This document shows positions 54,425 to 64,000 of a stretch of 64,000 nucleotides of DNA, one piece after another. The notes under the pieces were generated by a model. That model did not search any database. It worked only from the letters and a program-made list of their open reading frames with translations, and was not told the origin of the DNA. Position numbers and translations under genes: made by a program. The DNA is from Thermoplasmata archaeon. Lineage in GTDB: Archaea; Thermoplasmatota; Thermoplasmata; Thermoplasmatales; GCA-001856825. Each line of letters starts with the position of its first letter. Within the stretch, counting starts at the first letter, position 1. The stretch spans positions 1-64,000 of the forward strand of contig JAJYUZ010000004.1 of the NCBI GenBank assembly GCA_021792255.1. The letters run 5' to 3'.

Positions 54425-55984
54425 ATGAGAACCAGGCCAAGTACATTCTCAAAGAAGGGAGTGGTATCATCTGCTAGCATTCAGTCGTCGATCGCTGGAG
54501 CAAAAGTGCTTGAATCTGGGGGAAACATCGTTGACGCTGCGATCGCCACCAGCGCGGTATTGTGCGTCACGCAGAATAATATGTGCGGGTTGGGTGGAGA
54601 CACATTTCTTCTGTTAAAATTCAATGAAAAGCCAGTCATAGATCTCAATGGTAGCGGGAGGGCATTCAACAGTGTATCTATTGAACGGTTCACTAATAAT
54701 GACATGAAAAATATTCCAACGAAAGGAAAAGATTCAGTTTTGACAGTTCCAGGTCTCGTCAGGGCTTGGGAGGACCTTCACAAGAGATATGGGACCAAAG
54801 AAGTCAAGGACTTGTTAAATCCCGCATACGAGTACGCAAAGAATGGGTTTCCCATCACTCAAAACTACTCCGAATCGATAGAACTGAGTTCAAACCATTT
54901 GAGAGAATTTGCAAACTGGAGGGAAATATTCGTAAAAGATGGTTCTTTCCCTCTTCCCGGCACTATATTTAGACAGGAAGATCTAGCGAACACCATAGAG
55001 TCGCTGATTTCTGACGGGCTATCGTCATTCTACGAAGGCAATCTAGCAGACAAAACAATTCAAGGTCTCAACAAACTAGGTGTTGATATTTCTTCGGATG
55101 ATCTTAGCAAACACGAATCCACCTTTCAGGAACCACTCAAGACACAATTCAACGGGTTCGATGTTTATGAAACCGCTCCGAACAGTCAAGCAGCAACCGT
55201 GATCCTGTGGCTAAATATGCTGAGTTTTAAACAACCAGACCTTACTCTAGAGGATATTTTGACAACAGGGTACATCGCATATTCTCAAAGGGATAAATTC
55301 ATTGCAGACCCTGCATTCTTTCCATTACCAGGAAATTTCATCACGATGGAGCACGCTAAAGAGATATCTGAAGATAACAAATTCCCCAAGATCGCGGGTA
55401 ACAAAGCTGGAGACAGAGGGGATACAACCTATTTTTCGATTACAGACACGGAAGAAAACAGTATTTCGATGATTCAAAGCAACTACATGGGGTTTGGTTC
55501 AGGCATCGTTCCCAAGGGTACAGGCTTCGTTATGCAAAACAGAGGTAACTACTTCAGTTTGGATCCAAAGCATCACAATGCCCTGAGGCCAGGAAAACGG
55601 ACCTTTCATACGTTGTGTGCCGGGATGCTAGAAGATGAATCAGGATATCTTGCTTCAATTGGATCGATGGGTGGCGATATTCAGCCTCAACTTCACGTTC
55701 AACTGATCCTCGGACTGATGAAGCAGCAGGAGGATCCACAGGCGGTGATTGATACACCAAGATGGGCTTTCCCTTATACTATTTATGATAAACCTGCCAC
55801 TTTTCTCGTCGAATCAAAAATTTACTCGAATGATATCAAGAAGACTTTTCCAGACAGGGGATTAAAAAACATAGGATTCTCAACACAGCTTGGAAATGCA
55901 CACATAACGGCAAGGCTGAAGAACGGAGTGGTCGTCGGTGGGTCGGATCCGAGAGGCGATGGGATTTCCATACCCGCGACCTAG
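54425..55984 (+). CDS. ggt: gamma-glutamyltransferase family protein
   Basis: GGNIVDAAIA, GLGGD, GDTTYF nucleophile Thr, QNRG, PGKRTFHT, MGGDIQPQ, DPRGDG. Confidence 0.94.
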   Translation: MRTRPSTFSKKGVVSSASIQSSIAGAKVLESGGNIVDAAIATSAVLCVTQNNMCGLGGDTFLLLKFNEKPVIDLNGSGRAFNSVSIERFTNNDMKNIPTKGKDSVLTVPGLVRAWEDLHKRYGTKEVKDLLNPAYEYAKNGFPITQNYSESIELSSNHLREFANWREIFVKDGSFPLPGTIFRQEDLANTIESLISDGLSSFYEGNLADKTIQGLNKLGVDISSDDLSKHESTFQEPLKTQFNGFDVYETAPNSQAATVILWLNMLSFKQPDLTLEDILTTGYIAYSQRDKFIADPAFFPLPGNFITMEHAKEISEDNKFPKIAGNKAGDRGDTTYFSITDTEENSISMIQSNYMGFGSGIVPKGTGFVMQNRGNYFSLDPKHHNALRPGKRTFHTLCAGMLEDESGYLASIGSMGGDIQPQLHVQLILGLMKQQEDPQAVIDTPRWAFPYTIYDKPATFLVESKIYSNDIKKTFPDRGLKNIGFSTQLGNAHITARLKNGVVVGGSDPRGDGISIPAT

Positions 55985-56162
55985 GTAGATCGGAAAAGGC
56001 GAACTGAGCCTAAGAAAAATGTCCTTAATTCTCCAAAATTAGTCCGGTTGGGTCCCACTACTTTCTCACAAACCCTTAGCTCTGTGCAGAATTCAAGGAG
56101 GCTTTCGGGAAAGGATCTTCCGAATTAGCAAATTAGATATATTTGAGACCATTGCTTTTCCT

Positions 56163-58118
56163 ATGCTGATCAGGCTGCAGACTAAGGAAATGCAAAAGGA
56201 GATGAACTTTGAGAAGGGTAAAAAGGCGATCGATATTCTGAAGTCATTCGGTTCTCTCACAGCAACGACGGTCGCAGCCAAATTCAATGGTGAATTGATA
56301 GATCTTGAAAGGGAAATCGGAGGAGATGGTGAGATCTCGCCAATAGACTCGAACAGCCCAGACGGGCTTCACATACTGAGACACTCCGGAGCTCACCTTC
56401 TGGCCCAGGCGGTCACCGAATTATATCCAAATGCGAAGCCAGTAATAGGTCCAGTCACAGAAGATCCTCCAGGATTCTACTATGACATCAGGATGGAGGC
56501 CCTAAACGAAGGGGATATTACAAAAATAGAGGAGAAGATGAGGGAGTTGGCCCACAAGAATTACAAAATCGATAGAAGGGAACTCTCAAAGAATGACCTC
56601 GTAGAACTTTTCAGGTCTAACCCTTACAAAGTTGAGCTGATCCGGGAAAACGTCCCTGACGGTGCCAGTTCTTCCGTTTACGTTCAAGGAGATTTCACAG
56701 ATTTTTGCCGCGGACCACACGTTCCGTCAACAAACTATGTCAACGCTTTCAAATTGCTTTCCACATCGACGGCTTACTGGAGAGGAAAGGAGGAAAACGA
56801 TAGTCTGGTCAGAATTTACGGGACGGCCTTCCCCACGATGGACGCGCTCAAAGATTATTTAAGGATGACCGAAGAAGCAAAGAAAAGAGACCACAGAAAG
56901 CTGGGTACGGAATTAGATCTGTTTGTGATGAGACCCGAATACGGACCCGCTTTCCCACTTTACACTCCAAAGGGAACCATACTCAGAAACGAACTCATCG
57001 GGTTTATGAAGGAGCTCAATAAGAAATATGGGTGGGAAGAAATCTGGACCCCTCACGCATTCAAGACCACCCTGTGGCAGAAATCCGGTCATATGGCACA
57101 TTATCAAGAAAATATGTTCCTTATGGAAATAGAGAAGGAGCAGTACGGTATGAAACCGATGAACTGTCCGGGTCATATTCTATTGTTCCAGAGGAAATCC
57201 TGGAGTTATAGAGATCTACCAATACGATTTAGCGAGTTCGGAACGGTATACAGATACGAACGTTCTGGAGTTACGAGCGGATTGCTGAGAGTCAGGTCCA
57301 TGACCCAAGATGATGGGCACGCATTTGTACGGGCAGATCAGATAGAATCTGAAGTCGGAAACCTTCTGGACATGGTCACTGAGGTGTTCATCAATACCTT
57401 CAGAATATCCGAGGTAAAATACAAGCTGAGCACGAGAGACGAAAAGAACAAAGAGAAGTACACGGGTTCAACAGAAATCTGGGAGAGAGCTACTACAGCA
57501 CTTAAAGGAGCTCTGGATAAGAGAAATCTGAACTACGACGTCAAGGAAGGGGAAGCAGCATTTTATGGTCCGAAAATAGACGTGGATGTCAGGGATGCCC
57601 TTGGAAGGTACTGGCAGCTATCGACGATACAGTTGGATTTCTTTATGGCAGACAAAGATCACTTTGACCTCAAATACATAGACGAAAATAATCAACCCCA
57701 ACAGCCAATCATGATTCACAGAGCAATATTTGGAACGCTTGACAGATTCCTTGGAGTCATAATTGAACACTTTGCTGGCTCTTTTCCACCCTGGCTTTCT
57801 CCGGTGCAGGTCAGAGTCCTTAACATTTCCGAAGGAAACAAAGCATACGGAGAAGAAGTCCACAGCAATCTACTGAATAGAGGAATAAGGGCAGAGGGGG
57901 ACTTTTCGGGGGACACGATCAACAAGAAGATCAGAACTGCCCATGGCAGCAAGATACCGTACTTGATTATCGTGGGGGACAAAGAAGCGTCTGAAAAGAA
58001 GATTTCTGTAAGGGACAGGAAGGACAAGCAGAAGAACATGATCGATCTTAATGTGTTCATAGAGAACATTGAAATCGAGATCAAGAGGAAGGATCCTGAG
58101 CTGAACATCTGTAAGTGA
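56163..58118 (+). CDS. thrS: threonyl-tRNA synthetase, bacterial type (start may be ATG 56190)
   Basis: TGS domain, RHSGAHLLAQA and DFCRGPHV editing motifs, RDHRKLG, KPMNCPGH, YRYERSG, AFYGPKID, HRAIFG. Confidence 0.97.
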   Translation: MLIRLQTKEMQKEMNFEKGKKAIDILKSFGSLTATTVAAKFNGELIDLEREIGGDGEISPIDSNSPDGLHILRHSGAHLLAQAVTELYPNAKPVIGPVTEDPPGFYYDIRMEALNEGDITKIEEKMRELAHKNYKIDRRELSKNDLVELFRSNPYKVELIRENVPDGASSSVYVQGDFTDFCRGPHVPSTNYVNAFKLLSTSTAYWRGKEENDSLVRIYGTAFPTMDALKDYLRMTEEAKKRDHRKLGTELDLFVMRPEYGPAFPLYTPKGTILRNELIGFMKELNKKYGWEEIWTPHAFKTTLWQKSGHMAHYQENMFLMEIEKEQYGMKPMNCPGHILLFQRKSWSYRDLPIRFSEFGTVYRYERSGVTSGLLRVRSMTQDDGHAFVRADQIESEVGNLLDMVTEVFINTFRISEVKYKLSTRDEKNKEKYTGSTEIWERATTALKGALDKRNLNYDVKEGEAAFYGPKIDVDVRDALGRYWQLSTIQLDFFMADKDHFDLKYIDENNQPQQPIMIHRAIFGTLDRFLGVIIEHFAGSFPPWLSPVQVRVLNISEGNKAYGEEVHSNLLNRGIRAEGDFSGDTINKKIRTAHGSKIPYLIIVGDKEASEKKISVRDRKDKQKNMIDLNVFIENIEIEIKRKDPELNICK

Positions 58119-58249
58119 GCTATCTGCCATTTTCCGGCATTCCGTCTCAGAACTCTGAACTTCTTCTTGGATGAATTCACGAATCCAAAATTAAGAGAGC
58201 CAAAGACAGTGGTTTTGTAGAAGAAGTTAATTCCATCTCAGGTGATCCC

Positions 58250-59572
58250 TTGAATCTCGATGAACAGATTTATGAATACAGCACGGGCATTGATGCTCTT
58301 CTAAAGGATAGTTCTACCAGGGAAGAATTGAAGAAGCGAATCGTGGACTCACTTTTTGTATCTTACGGTGCTAGGGACTCAGAGGCTGTCAGGTTATCTA
58401 AGAGGGGACTCTTGCCATCATCTGGTAAGATGAACGCCCCGATCTACTTTGACAAGCGAACCGCTTCTGTCGACATAGCCACTTATCTAAATGGTTGCAT
58501 GACCAGGTATCTCGACTACAATGATACATATCTTTCAAAAGAAGCGCTTCATCCTTCAGATAATATACCTCCAATTTTGAGCTACGCGTACTCTTTGGGT
58601 GAAAGTGGTTTGCAAGTTCTCAGAGCTCTTGCTACGTCTTATCAAGTAGTGGGTGCATTTGCTGATGCATTTTCTATCAGGGACCGGGGGTGGGATCACG
58701 TGACATATATTTCCATCTCTTCAGCCGCGGGATTGGGAGTATTGAATGGTTTTGACAAGTCCAAGTTCATCAACACGCTAAATCTGGCTATAAACAACAA
58801 CATTTCACTTCGTCAGACAAGAGCCGGCGAGTTGAGCATGTGGAAAGGATGCACGGCAGCAAATGCAACGCGCAATTCCGTCTTTGCATCTCTTCTTGCT
58901 AACGAAGGATTTACTGGTCCATCACCAATATTTGAAGGGGAAATGGGGTTCTTCAAGCAGGTCACAGGTAACGTCAGTATCGATCTAAAAAATAACAGAA
59001 TCCTCAGGACGATGATCAAGAATTTTCCGGTTGAATATCACGCAATGAGTGCTGTTGAATCCGCTTTGTGGATAAAAGATCGGTTGAACGGGGAAATGAT
59101 AAATAGCGTAAAGGTCGACACATTTTCGGTAGCGCAAAAGATCATAGTGAAGGACCCAGAAAAGTTAAGACCAAAAACAAAGGAAACTGCGGACCACAGT
59201 TTACCATACATCATTGCCTACACACTCCTCTATGGTGAACCAGATTTAACTTCGTTCGATTCTAGATTCCTGAACGATCCATTGATCTTGAAACTGATAG
59301 ACAAGATGACTTTCAACGTGACAGAAGAATATGATGCTCTGTATCCAGAGTATCTGCCAGTAAAAATATCAGTAAGTACGAAAGCTGGTAGCTTGGATAA
59401 AGAAGTCAAGGTTCCGAAAGGTCATTTCAAGAATCCCTTCGACTGGAAAGACCTCGAGAACAAGGGATTCAAGGTAATGAAAAACAAAGAAAAGGTGAGG
59501 GAAATCATCGAAATTGGTCAGAAATTTGAAAATTCCTCGAGTAGGGACCTGTTTGATTTAGTCCATTCGTGA
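58250..59572 (+). CDS. prpD: MmgE/PrpD family protein (2-methylcitrate dehydratase-like)
   Basis: RYLDYNDT, HPSDN, RGWDH, RAGELSMWKG, ETADHSLPY, PKGH..NP. Confidence 0.92.
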   Translation: MNLDEQIYEYSTGIDALLKDSSTREELKKRIVDSLFVSYGARDSEAVRLSKRGLLPSSGKMNAPIYFDKRTASVDIATYLNGCMTRYLDYNDTYLSKEALHPSDNIPPILSYAYSLGESGLQVLRALATSYQVVGAFADAFSIRDRGWDHVTYISISSAAGLGVLNGFDKSKFINTLNLAINNNISLRQTRAGELSMWKGCTAANATRNSVFASLLANEGFTGPSPIFEGEMGFFKQVTGNVSIDLKNNRILRTMIKNFPVEYHAMSAVESALWIKDRLNGEMINSVKVDTFSVAQKIIVKDPEKLRPKTKETADHSLPYIIAYTLLYGEPDLTSFDSRFLNDPLILKLIDKMTFNVTEEYDALYPEYLPVKISVSTKAGSLDKEVKVPKGHFKNPFDWKDLENKGFKVMKNKEKVREIIEIGQKFENSSSRDLFDLVHS

Positions 59573-59634
59573 GTACCACAGTGTCATAGGAAAATTCGTG
59601 AATGAATTTAATAACATGTGAATCATATTATGCT

Positions 59635-60063
59635 ATGCCTGATGCTCTTTTGTTTCCCTCAGAAGAATGGGTAAAGGAATATTGCAAACGGCTCTGCGAA
59701 TCCCCGGACTACAATAAAACTGGGAAAGGTTGGAAAGACCCGATCAAGTTCAAAATGACGGAAATGGGCGATTTGAAGGGAGGAACCTCTTTTGATTCTT
59801 TCATCCTTAATCTTCACGACGGCAAGTGTGATGGATCTGAGATGGTAACTGACCCTGAAAAAACTTCACCGTTTGAGCTGACCGCGACGTACGCTAACTG
59901 GAAGAAAATTATAAGTGGAAAGATAAATCCCACTCAAGCGATGTTGACTGGACAGATGAAAGTGAAAGGGAATATCGCTCTGCTTTTGAGGTATGCATCT
60001 GCTGCAATAGCAATGGTCAAGACAGCTCAGACAATTCCAACTAAGTACCTCGGAGAAGAATGA
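59635..60063 (+). CDS. SCP2 sterol/lipid carrier domain protein
   Basis: FPSEEWV, WKKIISGKINPTQAMLTGQMKVKGNIALL. Confidence 0.9.
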   Translation: MPDALLFPSEEWVKEYCKRLCESPDYNKTGKGWKDPIKFKMTEMGDLKGGTSFDSFILNLHDGKCDGSEMVTDPEKTSPFELTATYANWKKIISGKINPTQAMLTGQMKVKGNIALLLRYASAAIAMVKTAQTIPTKYLGEE

Positions 60064-61175
60064 GTCTATTTCAGTTTCCAAGAACTATATATTTTCAGCG
60101 CGACATTTTTGACAGTTTAGGGGACATATTACAGAAGGAAGGGATAAGAAGAGTACTTATTGTGAGTGATAAAATAATAATGGGATTTATTGGAAACAGG
60201 CTAGAAAAGACCCTAGCCCCAATCGAACGAGAACTTTTCGTCGATGTCACTCCTGAGCCGACGATAAGGCAGATTCAAAATGCCTTAACCGCTCTCAAAG
60301 GAAGACATTATGACGCAGTCCTTGCAATAGGAGGAGGAAGCGTCATTGACTTCTCCAAAGCCTTAGCCGTATTGATATCAAATCCAGGGGCCGATTTGAG
60401 TACTATAAGTCCATTCGAAGTCATTAATCTCAAGACTAAGCTAATCGCTATTCCGACAACTTCCGGAACAGGGAGCGATGTCTCATTCGGAGTTGTTCTG
60501 ACCGATGACGAAGGCAAACTGGCACTTGGCAACTACGCACTTGTTCCAGAAATAGACATCCTAGACTCCTCCCTAGCCCCTACAGACAAGAAGATTACGG
60601 CTGCGACCGGAATAGATGCATTTGTCCATTCCTTTGAAGCTATTGCATCAAATACGTCTACGGTGTTTACGGACGCACTTGCAGAGAGGGCAATCGAAAC
60701 GATTTTTCATAACCTAAAGAGAGCAATGGAAAACGAGGAAAATGCAAAGGATTTAATGCATATTTCTGCAACAATGGCCGGAATGGCTTTTTCAAATAGT
60801 GGGACAGCATCGGCCCATGCTCTAGGTCACAGTTTTGGAGCCACATTCCACATAACTCATGGAACTTCAGTTGGTCTGTTCCTTATTCCTTCCATACTTT
60901 TCAATTCACAGAATCAGGAGGCGAAGGAGAAATATTTGAGAGTATGCAGGATCCTAAATGTTAACGACATCGAAGGGCTTATCGAAGAGATAACGAAATT
61001 CTTTAAAGATGTGGGTCAGCCGTGTCGAGTAAGAGATCTAGGAATCGACAGACAGGTCTATGCATCAAAAATTGAGCAGCTCATCTCTCTTTCCATGAGG
61101 GACAGCGAGCTTGCGTTCAATCCAGTTCTAGCAGGAGAAGATGATCTCAGAAAGATTTTTACAGAAACCTACTGA
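60060..61175 (+). CDS. iron-containing alcohol dehydrogenase
   Basis: GGGSVIDFSK, IPTTSGTGSD, GIDAFVHSFE, AHALGH, HITHG. Confidence 0.94.
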   Translation: MSLFQFPRTIYFQRDIFDSLGDILQKEGIRRVLIVSDKIIMGFIGNRLEKTLAPIERELFVDVTPEPTIRQIQNALTALKGRHYDAVLAIGGGSVIDFSKALAVLISNPGADLSTISPFEVINLKTKLIAIPTTSGTGSDVSFGVVLTDDEGKLALGNYALVPEIDILDSSLAPTDKKITAATGIDAFVHSFEAIASNTSTVFTDALAERAIETIFHNLKRAMENEENAKDLMHISATMAGMAFSNSGTASAHALGHSFGATFHITHGTSVGLFLIPSILFNSQNQEAKEKYLRVCRILNVNDIEGLIEEITKFFKDVGQPCRVRDLGIDRQVYASKIEQLISLSMRDSELAFNPVLAGEDDLRKIFTETY

Positions 61176-61179
61176 GTAT

Positions 61180-62055
61180 TTATGATACTATGAAATTGAC
61201 TCCCTTCTGCATCACATTAACCGTTATAGGCGACGTTCCCACCACTTCTCCATCCATTTCAACTAGGTTTCCCTTTTCAGTAAAACGGATCGATTTTACT
61301 TTACTTTCGAATGAAAAATTCTTCTCTATGTAACTTCCGTTCATCAGGTTCCTTAAGCGGAGTATAGTCGTAAGTCTGGACACTGGTTTCAGAATGTGAA
61401 CATCAAGAATTCCATCACTCAAGATGGAGTGAGGTGATGCCAGCATCCCGCCTCCGAAGTACTTTCCATTAGCAACGATAACTTCTATCGTCTCCAAGTC
61501 TTTCTGATCCCCATTTTCTATTCCGGGCTTGAATCTCTTAAGTTTTCGGACGGTGGAAAGAATTCCACGAACAAATGTATACCGACCTCCCTTGGGGTGC
61601 GAATTGACGTATCTCATCACTTCTGCTCCGAATCCTATCTCCAGAACGTTTATGAAGACTCTACTCTTGCCAGTCTCTTCAAAGGTGACGTTCGGTACAT
61701 CAATTCTTTCAACCTTATTTGCTTTCAACGTGCTTATCGACTCTTCCACGCTCCTGACTCCAATCGACTTTCCAAAATCAGAACCTGTTCCAAGAGGTAT
61801 CAATCCAACCTTGATCTCGGAACCTGCCAAACCATTGATCACCTCGTTTAGTGTCCCGTCTCCTCCGCAAGAAACTATGGCATCGTATCCCTTAAGGACG
61901 GCATTCCTCGCTATCTCAGTCGCTTGCAACGATCTCTGGGTAAATTCGACATCATATTCTGAGAAATTTTCTTGTATCAATTTTGCTATTGCTGGCCACT
62001 CCTTTTCTGCCTTCCCCTTCCCAGCGGCGGGGTTGACTATGAATAAAATGCTCAC
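61180..62055 (-). CDS. diacylglycerol/lipid kinase (YegS/DgkB family)
   Basis: IVNPAAG, GGDGTLNEV, PLGTGSDF, NGKYFGGG, DGE. Confidence 0.94.
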   Translation of the reverse strand: MSILFIVNPAAGKGKAEKEWPAIAKLIQENFSEYDVEFTQRSLQATEIARNAVLKGYDAIVSCGGDGTLNEVINGLAGSEIKVGLIPLGTGSDFGKSIGVRSVEESISTLKANKVERIDVPNVTFEETGKSRVFINVLEIGFGAEVMRYVNSHPKGGRYTFVRGILSTVRKLKRFKPGIENGDQKDLETIEVIVANGKYFGGGMLASPHSILSDGILDVHILKPVSRLTTILRLRNLMNGSYIEKNFSFESKVKSIRFTEKGNLVEMDGEVVGTSPITVNVMQKGVNFIVS

Positions 62056-62099
62056 AGACTTAAAATATCCCTGAAATTAAATGTTATCCGATGGTCTTG

Positions 62100-63668
62100 T
62101 CACTTTTTGTCAAGGATTCCAGGAACGAGCGAATTCTTTGGATCGAAATATGACTTGACCGTTCTAGTCAGGTCATACATAGTACCCTTGTATTCCTGAA
62201 GGTACTTGGACTGCAAATTTCCAATGCCGTGATGGTGCGAGATAGACCCACCCTTCGCCAATATGTTTTCCATTATTCCATCTCGGACTTGATTCAGAAT
62301 AGCTTCCCTGTTGTCTTGTGAATAGAAGAGAAACGTGAAGTAGAGAGCGGATCCAGTAACGTACTGATGAGAAGAATGACACAAGATCATTCCCTTTATC
62401 CCCAGTGTCTCTATGATTTCACTAAATCTCTTCCTGGTAGAGTTGTGGATTTCATCCAGTCTACCCCATTCTGCAGATGTCTCGATGGTCTCTGCCACTA
62501 TTCCTCTCTTAAGCAATTCGTTGTACATCAGGGGTCGTGAATACCTCTCCTTGTTCCAGTATTTCGCTGGGAGAGATCCAAGACTAATGCTGCTTTCAAA
62601 CTTGATCTCTTCCTTCCGGTCGCTGACAGCTATAAGTATTGCCCCTCGCTGATCGTGCATTCTGAGGGCCACGTACTTCTTGAATGCATTGTTGAGGAAT
62701 GTGTCTTCAATCCCAATCATCGAAAGTTCAGTTTCATCCTCATCCGACAATCTGGTTATGATCGGCACTTCTCCTTCTGTAAATTTCTTTCTTAGCGCTT
62801 CCAGTCCATCGCTAAACGACTCAAACATTTGTGCCCTGTAAAAGAGCTGTTTTGGCTTCTTCTGAACCTTCACCCAAGCTCTTGTGACAATGCCGAAGCT
62901 GCCTTCGCTACCAACAGCTAAATCAAATAACTTGAAGAAAGCTGATTCGCCAGGGACTATCCTGTCCTGGTAGGTTCCGGTTGGAGCTTCCATCCTCACA
63001 CCCAGCACCATCTCTTTCACTTTTCCATATCTGTTTGATTCCTGTCCAGCTGCATTGGTTCCAATCCAGCCGCCGAGTGTAGAAAAATGAAAAGATTCAG
63101 GAAAATTTCCGAGAGTCAGTCCGTACTTTTCAAGCTCTTCTTCGATCTTTGGACCTTTCACTCCACCTCCGGCCTCTAGAACATTGTTGTTTCGGTCGAT
63201 CATTAAATAGTCTAGTTTGGACAAGTCAAGACTCACAGAGAATTTTTTTCTGCCCGTTGGGGTGATACCTCCGGTCACTGAAGTGCCTCCTCCAAAGGGA
63301 ATGATCTCTATTTGGTCGTCTGCCTTCCTAAGTAAACATTTTATCTCCTCCTCTACAGGATAGACGACAGCGTCCACGGTCTTGATTGGTTGCACTTCCA
63401 TCAACCTGATATAATCTAGACCTCCTCTCCCAACTGAATGTTTTAGTCTGTCCATTTCGTCAAATTTCACGTTATCTGGTGAAACGCAGGAGTACAAAAT
63501 TTCCTTGAGTTCTGATGAAACAGGAAGGGGATCAATGTTCCTATATCCAGACCAGATGATCTTATCCTCACCTAGACCAACCTTTCGTCTGATATAGGTC
63601 AAAAGGGGCTTACTCATATCGTATTCTTTTTCACTATCTCCCCACAGGGTATACAACTGGCTGCCCAT
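62100..63668 (-). CDS. FAD-linked oxidase, alkyl-dihydroxyacetone-phosphate synthase (ADPS/AGPS)-like
   Basis: DAVVYP, PFGGGTSVTGG, FPESFHFSTLGGW, GSEGSFG, RLSDEDET, ETIET, CHSSHQY..GSALYFT, GGSISHHHGIG. Confidence 0.88.
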   Translation of the reverse strand: MGSQLYTLWGDSEKEYDMSKPLLTYIRRKVGLGEDKIIWSGYRNIDPLPVSSELKEILYSCVSPDNVKFDEMDRLKHSVGRGGLDYIRLMEVQPIKTVDAVVYPVEEEIKCLLRKADDQIEIIPFGGGTSVTGGITPTGRKKFSVSLDLSKLDYLMIDRNNNVLEAGGGVKGPKIEEELEKYGLTLGNFPESFHFSTLGGWIGTNAAGQESNRYGKVKEMVLGVRMEAPTGTYQDRIVPGESAFFKLFDLAVGSEGSFGIVTRAWVKVQKKPKQLFYRAQMFESFSDGLEALRKKFTEGEVPIITRLSDEDETELSMIGIEDTFLNNAFKKYVALRMHDQRGAILIAVSDRKEEIKFESSISLGSLPAKYWNKERYSRPLMYNELLKRGIVAETIETSAEWGRLDEIHNSTRKRFSEIIETLGIKGMILCHSSHQYVTGSALYFTFLFYSQDNREAILNQVRDGIMENILAKGGSISHHHGIGNLQSKYLQEYKGTMYDLTRTVKSYFDPKNSLVPGILDKK

Positions 63669-63805
63669 GAATAGATAAGAGTGTCAGCTTATATTTCAGT
63701 TTCTGGACTAGAAAATTTTAACTGAAACGGATGAAACCTTCCAAAAGACGAGTCTTTTATTGGAAAACTGGTAAATATCTGACCGTCATTTACAACAGAC
63801 AAGTT

Positions 63806-63895
63806 ATGCCATGTAAGTGCAAGACGTGCGGAGAAATGTTTCCGAGTGCTAAGCAGAGAGATGCTCACGCGGCTAAGTCCCATGCCAAAAAGTAA
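63806..63895 (+). CDS. stand-alone C2H2 zinc-finger microprotein (29 aa)
   Basis: own translation MPCKCKTCGEMFPSAKQRDAHAAKSHAKK*; C-x2-C-x3-F-x8-H-x4-H; GAAAA..TAAATAT promoter-like element ~30 nt upstream. Confidence 0.75.
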   Translation: MPCKCKTCGEMFPSAKQRDAHAAKSHAKK

Positions 63896-64000
63896 CTTCG
63901 CCGCGCAGTCCCATGTCGACTCTGAAAATGACTGGATTAGGCAGGGAACTGACCTGTAATTAGGCTAGTCCGATCGACACGACATTCTGAGAGTAAATAA

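Overview
Gene-dense (~95% coding) archaeal chromosome segment, almost certainly from a Thermoplasmatales/Thermoplasmata organism. Supporting traits are an unlinked 16S rRNA with a Thermoplasma-type 3' end, single-chain RpoB, N-terminally extended RpoA2 and bacterial-type ThrRS. Most of the window is core housekeeping: gap-radA, PolD small subunit, aIF-1A/RIO1/KH, Elp3, PINA, OFOR, Hel308, SerRS/TyrRS/ThrRS, GatDE, glyA, deoxyhypusine synthase, pelota and the rpoH-B-A1-A2-L30e-nusA operon. Accessory content is a GNAT + alpha/alpha-barrel cassette, a membrane-protein/wHTH/surface-protein trio, an eroded alpha/beta-hydrolase pseudogene, an intact-ended IS5-family element inactivated by one nonsense codon next to an AT-rich secreted-protein islet, and a lipid-related cluster (SCP2, Fe-ADH, DAG kinase, alkyl-DHAP-synthase-like flavoprotein). 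Best leads: (i) an unannotated 29-aa stand-alone C2H2 zinc-finger microprotein divergent from the lipid cluster; (ii) the ADPS-like ether-lipid cluster; (iii) a Mut7-C RNase-pelota-ubiquitin-like neighbourhood; (iv) a secreted protease-like gene whose signal peptide begins at an ACG codon; (v) a G1497A-equivalent change in the 16S decoding region. No tRNA or CRISPR array was seen. All family assignments come from motif recognition by eye, not from database searches.
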